Shown here in pieces: positions 47,749 to 56,515 of a DNA stretch of 64,000 bases (position 1 is the stretch's first letter; each line of letters starts with the position of its first letter). Source of the DNA: a virus (Duplodnaviria; Heunggongvirae; Uroviricota; Caudoviricetes); the IMG/VR virus record IMGVR_UViG_3300041405_000130; one strand, 5' to 3'. The notes beneath the pieces are model-generated. The model had not been told where the DNA came from. It ran no database searches and saw only the letters and a list, made by a program, of their open reading frames with translations. The position numbers were made by a program, and so were the translations under genes.

Positions 47749-48580
47749 TGAGTAGAGTTACCAAAGGCTTGATAGTTTCAAGCATTCTGGAATTGTCTAT
47801 GTTGTTGTCTGTAAAGTCGCCGATTAGATCACGGACCTTACGTGGAATCTCTTCAGTCGGAGTATTAGAAAGCAATACCAAACCGAACAGTTCCAATGCA
47901 GCATGTTCTGGTTCCTTACGGTCAAGCGCTTCTACTGACTGTTGTACCAGTGGACCAATCTCTCGTGTACCAATCCGTACCCCGTTCTGGGATAGGTCTA
48001 ACATCATAGAGAATGTTTCACCACCAAATGTACGAATGTAATCGTTCACCATCTTAACGCGTTGGATAGGAGTAGGGTCTGCATCTTCTAGACCACGATA
48101 ACGAACTTGTCGTTCGATCTCTTCCTTCATTGTTTCCAACAGGCGTGGGGATACGTTCTTGATCTCTGGCCATGCTTCATCCATCTTCACTGTAGTAAAG
48201 AGTTGACACATATGGGCTAAGATCTCTTCTGGCATGAATGCACCTTCAAACAACAATAGTAGTTGATCAGGGATTACATACCGATTGAAACTTGATAGGA
48301 CTTCTACTACCGCTTGACGGATCTCTTGGCTAGCTTCATTAGAGACTTCTACTTCATGTTGTTTGAAGATAGTCTCATGAGCATTCCAGATTACATCATC
48401 AATACGGGAGATTAGCATTGCATTGTCTACAGTGCCATCTGACATCTCTACTACTTGGTGGAGCTCATCCAGTGCGGTCTGGTAGTCCAGTGACTCCAGT
48501 GATGCTACACAGCTAAGGATAACCTCCTTTCGCTCTTCTGTGATCAGTGGTGTAAGTACACTGTCTATAATGAATTGCAT
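47720..48580 (-). CDS. Conserved phiKZ gp79-like protein
   Basis: Start MQFIID with GAGGG RBS; synteny. Confidence 0.6.
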   Translation of the reverse strand: MQFIIDSVLTPLITEERKEVILSCVASLESLDYQTALDELHQVVEMSDGTVDNAMLISRIDDVIWNAHETIFKQHEVEVSNEASQEIRQAVVEVLSSFNRYVIPDQLLLLFEGAFMPEEILAHMCQLFTTVKMDEAWPEIKNVSPRLLETMKEEIERQVRYRGLEDADPTPIQRVKMVNDYIRTFGGETFSMMLDLSQNGVRIGTREIGPLVQQSVEALDRKEPEHAALELFGLVLLSNTPTEEIPRKVRDLIGDFTDNNIDNSRMLETIKPLVTLLNEYKEDANS

Positions 48581-48708
48581 TAAAAAGCCCTCTTCCTTTG
48601 ATTTTAGTAACATAGTGTTGCGTTATAAGTCAAACTTTACTAAGTTGCAAATTACTGAGAGGGTGATACTATGTTAACAATCCGCAAATTTGCACACAAG
48701 GAAACAAC

Positions 48709-49335
48709 ATGAACCCTGTATCTCAATTCTCTCAAGAAGCTCTCGGCATGTCTAACAAATCTGCTCTGCAATCAACTCTCGAAATGGCCGAAGTAATGGC
48801 TAAAGCTACCAGTGTCACTCGTGAAGGTGACACCATCACCGTTAATGTCGGTGAACCAGAACTGACGCGTGAACAAGCTGTTGCAGTTCAATCCTCTGTA
48901 GCAGAGAAACTGCTGCATGCAGATGGCTGGGCAATCCTGAAACAACTGTTTCTGATCACCAGTGAAATGCTGCAAACTACCCAGCTGTTCGTACTGCCAG
49001 TTATTTCGGAAGAAGAACTGGTTAAAGAGAAACTGGGTGAGTACTACGAGGAATTCGATAAAGGCTTTACTGCCCTCAAAGAAGACCTGGCTGCCATGTC
49101 TGCTGCTCTGTTGGCCCTCTCGAAGAAACACGAAGGCAAAACCGGTGCAGTGCAAGCTGAAGACCAAACCCTGGTCGCTGAATTGGCAAGTGGCTACAGC
49201 AATCTACAAACACAAATGGAAACCAAAGTCGGCCCTGAGCTGATGAAACAAATGTCCATCCTGGAAGCAGCTGGTGTTGGTGCAGACGTTCTATTTGCAT
49301 CCTTCGCCAAATCCCAGGAGGAATCGGAGCAGTAA
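48709..49335 (+). CDS. Helical hypothetical protein
   Basis: AAGGA RBS; TATG upstream at about 48670. Confidence 0.7.
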   Translation: MNPVSQFSQEALGMSNKSALQSTLEMAEVMAKATSVTREGDTITVNVGEPELTREQAVAVQSSVAEKLLHADGWAILKQLFLITSEMLQTTQLFVLPVISEEELVKEKLGEYYEEFDKGFTALKEDLAAMSAALLALSKKHEGKTGAVQAEDQTLVAELASGYSNLQTQMETKVGPELMKQMSILEAAGVGADVLFASFAKSQEESEQ

Positions 49336-49337
49336 TA

Positions 49338-51008
49338 ATGAATCACATTCACGATGATGAAGAAGAATACCAAGAGATCGATCCTGCACTAGCGGTGCAC
49401 TTCGAACAGAGCATTCCTGCACCGACTTATGAAGTCGCGGCAGAACCAACTACAACAGTTATGGGGGCTACCGAATTGGTAGCCGGCCCTACTGAAGAGA
49501 TGAACTTCCATGAGCTGGTTGAAGTTGTTGCCAAGCTCGAGGATGATGAACCTCAAGAAACACCAGAAGACGACAAACCTATTCCGTTCACTCCTGAACA
49601 GAAGAAAGTTAACTTCCGTATCGACCGTCCGGTTGACTCTGAACGTCTGCCTGCATCAGCGGCAGTTATTTCCTTCATGCGTGAAAACCCAGAGACCTTC
49701 GAAGAAATTCTGAAGGTACATGAACGTTTCTTCTCTGACGTTGAATCTGGCGAAATCACCCAAGAACAGTCTGACCTCAAGTGGTTGGAAACTCTGCAGA
49801 ATGCAATCGAACACGTAGACATGAACGCTACCCCGCGTCGTGCTACTTATCGTGAAGGTTCACAGTGGGTTCAGTTCTTTGAACACAACGGTCGTAAGAT
49901 CGGCCCTTCTCGTCCGAAGATTGTTCTGTCTGACAAACCAGCTAAGTCTGACTTGCTGGCATACCTGACTCGTAAGTCTGGTATGGGTGCTACTCATGAA
50001 TTCCCTATGCCTCACACCGGTATCTGGATTCGTCTGCGTACACCAACGAACACCGAAGTAGCTAACATGATTCAACGTCTGCAGAACATTGCAGTTCGAC
50101 TGGGTCGTGCTACCAAAGGTCAGGGCTTCTCTAACCGGATTGCTGTGTACAACAACGCATTGACTGATCTGTCGATGCAGTGTATCACTCACACGAACAT
50201 GGCTGCCTCTACCCCAGGTGACATCGAGCATCGTCTGAGCGCACTGGATGAACCAATCCTGCATCACGCTCTGGCATCGACAATGTTCCCTGGTGGTTTC
50301 AACTATCGCCATACCTGTATTGCTGATCCATCGAAGTGCAACCACGTTGAAGAAGCCAAGCTGGATATGTTTGCATTGACTTGGTTTGATATTACTCAAC
50401 TGGTAGATCGTCAAAAAGACATTCTGCATTCTCGGTTTAGTCGTCAACTACGGGCAGAGGAGCTCGAACAATATGCACAAGACACCACTCTGGGTCGAAA
50501 GCCTATCAAGTGGTTTGATGATATTGGCATTCGTCTCCGTGTCCCTTCGGTTGCTGAAAGACGGGATTCTGGAAACCGGTGGATTGACGGCGTAGTAGAA
50601 GCTTCACACAGCGCTTTCAACGAAGCCCCTGGTGATGCTAACCGAAACGCTTACATCGATCGCCTGGGCGCTATCACTGGCGCTCGTCAGTACTCTCACT
50701 GGGTAGACGCAATCTATCAACGTGAAGATGCTAACGCAACAGAAGAACTGTTGACCGAAGACGAAGAAGTCATTGACGAATATCTGTCCAACGTAATGTC
50801 GGATAAGAAATACGCAGCCGCTTTCGAAGCAGCTGTATTGCAATTCATCGATGATACTATTCTGTGCATGGTAGCTATTCCTTCGTGGAACTGTTCGATG
50901 TGCGATAGTCCAATGGCCACTAAGTTCCATGAACGTTTTGAGCACTTGATTCCTCTCGATGTAGTATCGACATTTTTTACCTTGGCGGGCCAGAAAGTCA
51001 ACCAGTAG
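49338..51008 (+). CDS. Putative baseplate hub assembly protein (T4 gp26-like)
   Basis: IRLRTPT, LD..IL..L...FP.G, C..C and CSMC Zn motifs. Confidence 0.55.
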   Translation: MNHIHDDEEEYQEIDPALAVHFEQSIPAPTYEVAAEPTTTVMGATELVAGPTEEMNFHELVEVVAKLEDDEPQETPEDDKPIPFTPEQKKVNFRIDRPVDSERLPASAAVISFMRENPETFEEILKVHERFFSDVESGEITQEQSDLKWLETLQNAIEHVDMNATPRRATYREGSQWVQFFEHNGRKIGPSRPKIVLSDKPAKSDLLAYLTRKSGMGATHEFPMPHTGIWIRLRTPTNTEVANMIQRLQNIAVRLGRATKGQGFSNRIAVYNNALTDLSMQCITHTNMAASTPGDIEHRLSALDEPILHHALASTMFPGGFNYRHTCIADPSKCNHVEEAKLDMFALTWFDITQLVDRQKDILHSRFSRQLRAEELEQYAQDTTLGRKPIKWFDDIGIRLRVPSVAERRDSGNRWIDGVVEASHSAFNEAPGDANRNAYIDRLGAITGARQYSHWVDAIYQREDANATEELLTEDEEVIDEYLSNVMSDKKYAAAFEAAVLQFIDDTILCMVAIPSWNCSMCDSPMATKFHERFEHLIPLDVVSTFFTLAGQKVNQ

Positions 51009-51031
51009 GTCATAAGAACAAAGACCCACAG

Positions 51032-51499
51032 ATGACACGCCTGTCAATCGATCTAGCTGACCCCAACGGGCACGTGACGCAATATAGCTTCGGCCATAAG
51101 CGTCGCCCTCGTGGGGGTGCGTTAGATCGGCTTTATGCCGAGATGGGTGCCGTAAGACCATCAACTGCAGAGATCATGCTGCGTGAAGCTTACCTAGACG
51201 ACTATGAAATCCGTCCACCTCAACATCAGAAGCATCCATTAGATGTTGTCCGTATGTTTGATAAGGAAGACACAGTCGAAGGTGGAGCAGTTCGTTCCAT
51301 GATGCGGAAATACGTACGCTACAATATCAAAGAGCAATGGGGCATTAGTTATAACGAGTTCATGGAACTGCCGTTTGATGAAGCCATGTTTATCTTGGAG
51401 ATTGGTGAAGCGGACATGATGCGCAAGGTAGATGAACAAGGGCGAGTGAAGCGTGATATGGATCGAGAGATTCGTGACATGCATCGTCAAACGAAGTAA
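51032..51499 (+). CDS. Putative hub/tail assembly catalyst (T4 gp51-like)
   Basis: WGISYNEFMELPFDEAMFIL motif. Confidence 0.45.
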   Translation: MTRLSIDLADPNGHVTQYSFGHKRRPRGGALDRLYAEMGAVRPSTAEIMLREAYLDDYEIRPPQHQKHPLDVVRMFDKEDTVEGGAVRSMMRKYVRYNIKEQWGISYNEFMELPFDEAMFILEIGEADMMRKVDEQGRVKRDMDREIRDMHRQTK

Positions 51500-51507
51500 A
51501 AAAAATA

Positions 51508-51545
51508 CAGCATATTGCCTCTCCTTGCGGAGAGGCTTTATGTCG
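51508..51545. terminator. Bidirectional CATA-hairpin-TATG element
   Basis: GCATATT-GCCTCTCC-TTGC-GGAGAGGC-TTTATGTCG at convergent junction. Confidence 0.7.
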
Positions 51546-51788
51546 TTATTGCTGGTAAGTTTGAATATCTGCTTGCAGTACTTCTCGGATCTTGGAGATC
51601 TCATAGAAAGTAATGCCCATGCAGATTACAACAGTGGCCATCAGAGCCAGCAGGAAGATCATTAGAGGCTTCCGCATCCGTCTGACCCATGTTGGTTCCT
51701 GTTGCATCTTAAAGACCAACCACGCGCCTCCTGGGATCGATAGGAAAAAGGCTAGAACCAAAATAAAGGAAGCGATATTCAGAAGCAT
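51546..51788 (-). CDS. Two-TM membrane protein
   Basis: TGATG coupling; hydrophobic. Confidence 0.65.
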   Translation of the reverse strand: MLLNIASFILVLAFFLSIPGGAWLVFKMQQEPTWVRRMRKPLMIFLLALMATVVICMGITFYEISKIREVLQADIQTYQQ

Positions 51789-52030
51789 CACATTACTCGA
51801 TAACAAACAAGCGTTGAACGGATAAAGCACAATGTCGGGAACGATATGAAGATCACCGTTAACCCTAACATCGCACCAATATAGAAAGTGGCTATGGGCT
51901 CATACCAGCGATCGTTTGTATTGTAACTGCGAATATGCATTACGAAACAAACCATCAAAGCTGCGATGAGCAGCAATAGCATTCCACCCATACCAAAGAA
52001 GTATCTAACTACTGATAGGTAAGACTCCAC
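51788..52030 (-). CDS. Two-TM membrane protein
   Basis: GTG start with AAGGAG RBS. Confidence 0.6.
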   Translation of the reverse strand: MESYLSVVRYFFGMGGMLLLLIAALMVCFVMHIRSYNTNDRWYEPIATFYIGAMLGLTVIFISFPTLCFIRSTLVCYRVM

Positions 52031-52253
52031 AGCTAGACTCCTTTTTGATTGGTAGCTCATTGAGCCACAGAGGTGGGGGTAGGGCAGCATTAACAAAAAC
52101 ACCAACGCTACAGAACATCATTACAACCAGTACGATGGCAAGCGGCATATTACTAAACCACTCGGGGACATACTTAGTCAAGTACCCCTGCAAGTATGCA
52201 AACAACCCATAACCCGATATTGCCATCATGATCAAACCAATTGCAACAATCAT
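52005..52253 (-). CDS. Two-TM membrane protein
   Basis: AAGGA RBS. Confidence 0.65.
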   Translation of the reverse strand: MIVAIGLIMMAISGYGLFAYLQGYLTKYVPEWFSNMPLAIVLVVMMFCSVGVFVNAALPPPLWLNELPIKKESSCGVLPISS

Positions 52254-52262
52254 GTTAAATCC

Positions 52263-52439
52263 TTAAGTCAATTTCGAGATAAGTGTTATCGCAGCGTAGC
52301 CAGCACCGATAATCATCGCGCCTCCAAAGAAGAGGCGTAATGTGGCACCGGCTCCAGATCTGGCGTTACCTGCACTCATCAACGTGATAATACCAACCAC
52401 GAAGGTAACGAGGATTGGAAGAACCATTGCTAACCACAT
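52263..52439 (-). CDS. 58-aa two-TM microprotein (MWLAMVLPILVTFVVG...)
   Basis: Hand translation; AAGGAG RBS after early promoter. Confidence 0.75.
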   Translation of the reverse strand: MWLAMVLPILVTFVVGIITLMSAGNARSGAGATLRLFFGGAMIIGAGYAAITLISKLT

Positions 52440-52457
52440 GACAAACTCCTTAATTTG

Positions 52458-52503
52458 AGGGCTATATTCAAGATAGTAATATAGCCCTTAAGAAAGTTTA
52501 AAT
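52458..52503 (-). promoter_or_regulatory. Early promoter (TATATTAC) in an 11-bp inverted repeat
   Basis: AGGGCTATATT-N9-AATATAGCCCT; upstream ATTTAAAC. Confidence 0.75.
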
Positions 52504-52712
52504 CACACTGTGGTGAAATGAACTACTGTTCCGATTACCAAACACGCCACCGTAAAGCAAATGTTTGGTTTCAGATGCCGCAAGGCTAGGCCAGCAAAAC
52601 CAAAGCTAGGATGTTCTTTATCCAGGATCAATCCTTGTCGATATTCACGATAGAAGAACCCGGACATGAAGGCATAGAGAATAGCCAAGAACCAAAATGG
52701 ATTCATACCCAC
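52503..52712 (-). CDS. Two-TM membrane protein
   Basis: AAGGA RBS; hydrophobic. Confidence 0.65.
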   Translation of the reverse strand: MGMNPFWFLAILYAFMSGFFYREYRQGLILDKEHPSFGFAGLALRHLKPNICFTVACLVIGTVVHFTTV

Positions 52713-52909
52713 AGATCCTTAAAGTAAAGCCACAAGGTGGTTGCCAGACCAGCCATTGTAATGAAGAACGAGATCAGAGCGATCCGGTGAGGCCAACTAT
52801 TTTTCCAAGTAAAGTAAGGAATCATCGTTGGGTATTTGTGGTCACGATACCATACCGACAGCACCGTAACAATTGTAGCAATGATCCAAACCGCCATTGC
52901 GTATTTCAT
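52703..52909 (-). CDS. Two-TM membrane protein
   Basis: AGGAGG RBS; hydrophobic. Confidence 0.7.
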   Translation of the reverse strand: MKYAMAVWIIATIVTVLSVWYRDHKYPTMIPYFTWKNSWPHRIALISFFITMAGLATTLWLYFKDLWV

Positions 52910-52921
52910 AAAGCCTCCTAG

Positions 52922-52957
52922 CGAAATAAAGCTACCCCGAAGGGTAGCCCATTATGA
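52922..52957 (-). terminator. Hairpin terminator
   Basis: GCTACCC-CGAA-GGGTAGC followed by TTTATTTCG on the minus strand. Confidence 0.7.
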
Positions 52958-54478
52958 GATTTGTCGCATCACCATGTTCAAGGCTTTACCCATGAAATGG
53001 TCTTTCTTGTTCTTTGCATACTTGCAGTGCTGCGGGATCTGACGACACACGAGATATGTCAAGCGTGGCGTAATATCCGGGAACAATTTCAACTTACGCA
53101 ACCGACCTAAGATCTGGATGTTATCCTTCTTCGAGTCAGTAGCTTGCAGCAAGAATACCTCACGCAAGTTAGGGATGTCAACGCCAGTACCTGAAGACTT
53201 AATCGTCGACACGGTAATATCGTTAATCATCAATCGAGCGTATGGCGATCCAGCAATGTGTTCGTTGATCTGGAGATCCGGGTATTTCCCCTGTAAGAAC
53301 TTAACCAGTTGATCGATGAATGCTGTGGTAGCACACAAGACCAACGCTTTCTGTTCTTGAATCCGATCGATGATGTACTGACCTTGAATGATCCGAGCAA
53401 CCATCTGGTTATAAGCATCCAGACGTTTCTTAGATTTCATCATCTGCGTTTCGTAACGCGCATGGTTATACGTGTTCTTAAACGGAGTCAGGTAATCACG
53501 CGATTGAATGTTCGCTTCACTGTACAACACACCAACCACGTTGATGTACGAATCGTAAGAAGGCAACCGACAGCATGTCTCCGGAGGGAGCATCAGGTCG
53601 ATCATCTTCGTAACGTAGTCGTTACCCGTAAACGGAGTAGCTGACAGATAGATCTGCTTTGCAACGTTGGTGTACATGTCAATGCGGAACAACAGACCAG
53701 GATCTTCTTGGATCTCGTCGTTGATCTGCAGCCCTACCTTCAGAGCTTCATGGAAGCGCGGTGGTGGAGCGTTATAGCCTACGGTGTGGAGTTGATCCCC
53801 CAATCGTTCGAATGCATCTATATAAGCACGATAGGAGATGTTAGAGATCAAGATGACGTCAATGCCTTCAAGATCATCCTCAATGCCGCGGTTAATCATC
53901 ATCTGCAATTCAGCAGACCCACTGACCCGAACAAATCTCAAGTCAATGTCTTCGTACACGTCCTTCAAGGCTTCTTCCCAAATACCAAAGTACTTAGGTG
54001 GAACCATGATTACGGTACGACAACCCAATGCAGCTTGTGCCTCTAGACTGGTATACGTTTTACCTTTACCCGTCTGTAAGTCTACCCGAGCAGAATGCAG
54101 ATGTGCTCGTAGGATATCTTCCAGAATGGTCTCTTGGTAATCCCGCATCGAGAACTTTTCCTTTACCTTAAACGTAGCCGGAGCTGCGGTAGGTACAGGG
54201 ATGTCGATGATTTTAATCCGATCCTCAGGAACTTGAACATTCGCTAAGTGCTTGATCAGAGGAGGGAATGAATTCCGGTGAATGAAGATGCTGCGGTTGT
54301 CTTCCGTTATGCCGTAGTACTTCTTCTTAGTGACCATGACCATACGGCCTTGGACCTTAGTCGGTTCCCTGAGCAATAACGTTTCCAAGAACCGTTGCAT
54401 TTTGTACAACGTATCCCTGGAATAACCAGATAGGCGTACCCCATGGGTATACCTCTCGGCTACAATCAGTGGTTCCAT
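52952..54478 (-). CDS. SF2 helicase (UvsW/ResIII-like; phiKZ gp75-like)
   Basis: RDYQ, TGKGKT, DEIQ, SATP, GVDIPNL, QILGRLR. Confidence 0.9.
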   Translation of the reverse strand: MEPLIVAERYTHGVRLSGYSRDTLYKMQRFLETLLLREPTKVQGRMVMVTKKKYYGITEDNRSIFIHRNSFPPLIKHLANVQVPEDRIKIIDIPVPTAAPATFKVKEKFSMRDYQETILEDILRAHLHSARVDLQTGKGKTYTSLEAQAALGCRTVIMVPPKYFGIWEEALKDVYEDIDLRFVRVSGSAELQMMINRGIEDDLEGIDVILISNISYRAYIDAFERLGDQLHTVGYNAPPPRFHEALKVGLQINDEIQEDPGLLFRIDMYTNVAKQIYLSATPFTGNDYVTKMIDLMLPPETCCRLPSYDSYINVVGVLYSEANIQSRDYLTPFKNTYNHARYETQMMKSKKRLDAYNQMVARIIQGQYIIDRIQEQKALVLCATTAFIDQLVKFLQGKYPDLQINEHIAGSPYARLMINDITVSTIKSSGTGVDIPNLREVFLLQATDSKKDNIQILGRLRKLKLFPDITPRLTYLVCRQIPQHCKYAKNKKDHFMGKALNMVMRQIS

Positions 54479-54531
54479 AAAAAATTAAACGAGTAATGGA
54501 GGGCCGAAGCCCTCCAAACTTCGCCCTCCGC

Positions 54532-56508
54532 TTAGGACATGCAACCCCCCATGACTGCTGTGTCATATGGGTGGTCGTTCCTGTTTTTATACAAGAAGCT
54601 GCCTGGGTTATTGAGTGGCTCGTGCTGCTTCTCGAATGCAAGTTTACCCGAAAGACTGCGGTTATCCATCAGCTTGTTATACTTCTCAAACTGACCCACA
54701 ACTCCAGGTACCGGCAAACGATAGTCTTTGGCAGACGCCGATACGATCATCATAGCGTATACCAGAACTTCGCAATGAACTATGTTCAGTCGGATCTTTT
54801 CATTGATCAGACTTGCGAATGCAGCAAGAGCATCGACTGGATCTTTATAGTTCTTCAGATAAGTCTTGCTGGTGAAACCCACCTTATCTGACGACAGCTT
54901 CGAACCATCACCATTGTCACCGGAGTGCAAGAACGATTGTACGCGTTTCATGAACTCGTACATGTTCACGTGCTTATAAGGCAACGTCAGGAATGGTTGA
55001 GAGAAGTCGAAACCGTTCAGATCAATCACGATATTATCGCGGTTGTCTGTGATCCAACCTACGCGTTGTACGTGACAGAGCAATTCCGTGGATAGACTAG
55101 ACTTCCGGTTATACAGCGATACCGGGAGAATGTCGCCATGATCTTCCCCTTCATCGGTAGTACGAATCAAACCGATGTGAGTAAGCTCAGAGGCGCTCTC
55201 AGCAGGATATGCAGAGAGATCCTTAATCATCAATACGTCTGCCAACGATGTAGCTTCAGCGGACTTGATGACTAGCCTATATCCTTGGTTAGCCAAGTTA
55301 CTTTTCAAATACAACGTTTCACTCTGGTCCCCTTCACGGAGATACCGGGCTACAGCACCGGCAATTTGGAACTGTTCTACTGCGGATGTTGCATCGGTGT
55401 GTTTAGTCGACAATACCGACGAGGTAATCTTATCACCCATCGATACGGCGGAGACTTGTCCGATGTTAGTGCCACGCATGATCGAGAAGGACAACCGACC
55501 ATAACAACGACTACATACACCAGCGGGGTCTGGATGTGTACAACCCAGTACCGAACGCATCTTAATCATTTTACCGATCAGATGTTCTTCGTTACCACGC
55601 ATCCAATCCATCACACCATCTTCACGCTGGTAATACTTACCACGCAAAGCTTTCAATGTGCTTTTGAGTACCGGGAAATCGATCAGGATCGAAGTGCCAC
55701 AATCGCCTTTGTGAAGACGCTGTACATACTGAGCGATCAGCTGAGACTTCCGGTTGAAGTATTCGGTTACCCGCAGGAGCTCTTTGTTATAGAGCAACGC
55801 TTTAGTACCCGAACGAGATTCGATCATGGAACCATACAGGTCCCAGATACCATCTACATAACCAACCGTTACCGGATGCGCGAAGATGTCCGAGTTGATA
55901 TCTGTCGGATAGCCACGCGGGCCAAATGCCTGGAGCAGTTGTTCCAGCTTCTGAGTGCCAGAACGGTACCCTTCAATAATAGAGTTCCCACGGAACTGCG
56001 TAGTATCGTCGAATGCAGCGGCGATCTTTTTGTACGCAATCCCTTCGATACCATACGTTGATTCCTCTACGTTCTCGTTTGCTTCACGGATAGCCGGATG
56101 ATTGTAAACCTGTGCGATATCAAACATCGACAGGGTCGCTACATACGGAGACAATGCAACTGTCGCTTCGTTATATAGCCAGTTTACAGTTTCGATTGCC
56201 AACCGAGCAAGATGCTCTGGATCAGCTTCTTCGTTGGTGTGATCGTGAATACCCCAGATGACTTTGTTCAGATAGGTGATGAGCGACTTTGCTGTCACTC
56301 GCTTCGAACCCATGTGATACTCTTTCAAGATAGGTACATCTGGGTAAGCTTTCAGTGGGTACCAGTTCAGAACGGACAACTTAGTTATCCGATCCCGAGC
56401 TAACAACTTCTCCCCATCATCAAACTCAATGACGTGCCACTCTGAGGGCAATGCCCACAGCTGTTCATAAGACAGATTAAGCAAGTCACGGGCTTTGTAA
56501 TGATTCAT
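54532..56508 (-). CDS. Non-virion RNA polymerase beta'-like C-terminal subunit (phiKZ gp74-like)
   Basis: Bridge helix TEYFNRK, DCGT, RSVLGC...CSRCYG, trigger loop LSTKH. Confidence 0.9.
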   Translation of the reverse strand: MNHYKARDLLNLSYEQLWALPSEWHVIEFDDGEKLLARDRITKLSVLNWYPLKAYPDVPILKEYHMGSKRVTAKSLITYLNKVIWGIHDHTNEEADPEHLARLAIETVNWLYNEATVALSPYVATLSMFDIAQVYNHPAIREANENVEESTYGIEGIAYKKIAAAFDDTTQFRGNSIIEGYRSGTQKLEQLLQAFGPRGYPTDINSDIFAHPVTVGYVDGIWDLYGSMIESRSGTKALLYNKELLRVTEYFNRKSQLIAQYVQRLHKGDCGTSILIDFPVLKSTLKALRGKYYQREDGVMDWMRGNEEHLIGKMIKMRSVLGCTHPDPAGVCSRCYGRLSFSIMRGTNIGQVSAVSMGDKITSSVLSTKHTDATSAVEQFQIAGAVARYLREGDQSETLYLKSNLANQGYRLVIKSAEATSLADVLMIKDLSAYPAESASELTHIGLIRTTDEGEDHGDILPVSLYNRKSSLSTELLCHVQRVGWITDNRDNIVIDLNGFDFSQPFLTLPYKHVNMYEFMKRVQSFLHSGDNGDGSKLSSDKVGFTSKTYLKNYKDPVDALAAFASLINEKIRLNIVHCEVLVYAMMIVSASAKDYRLPVPGVVGQFEKYNKLMDNRSLSGKLAFEKQHEPLNNPGSFLYKNRNDHPYDTAVMGGCMS

Positions 56509-56515
56509 TAATACC

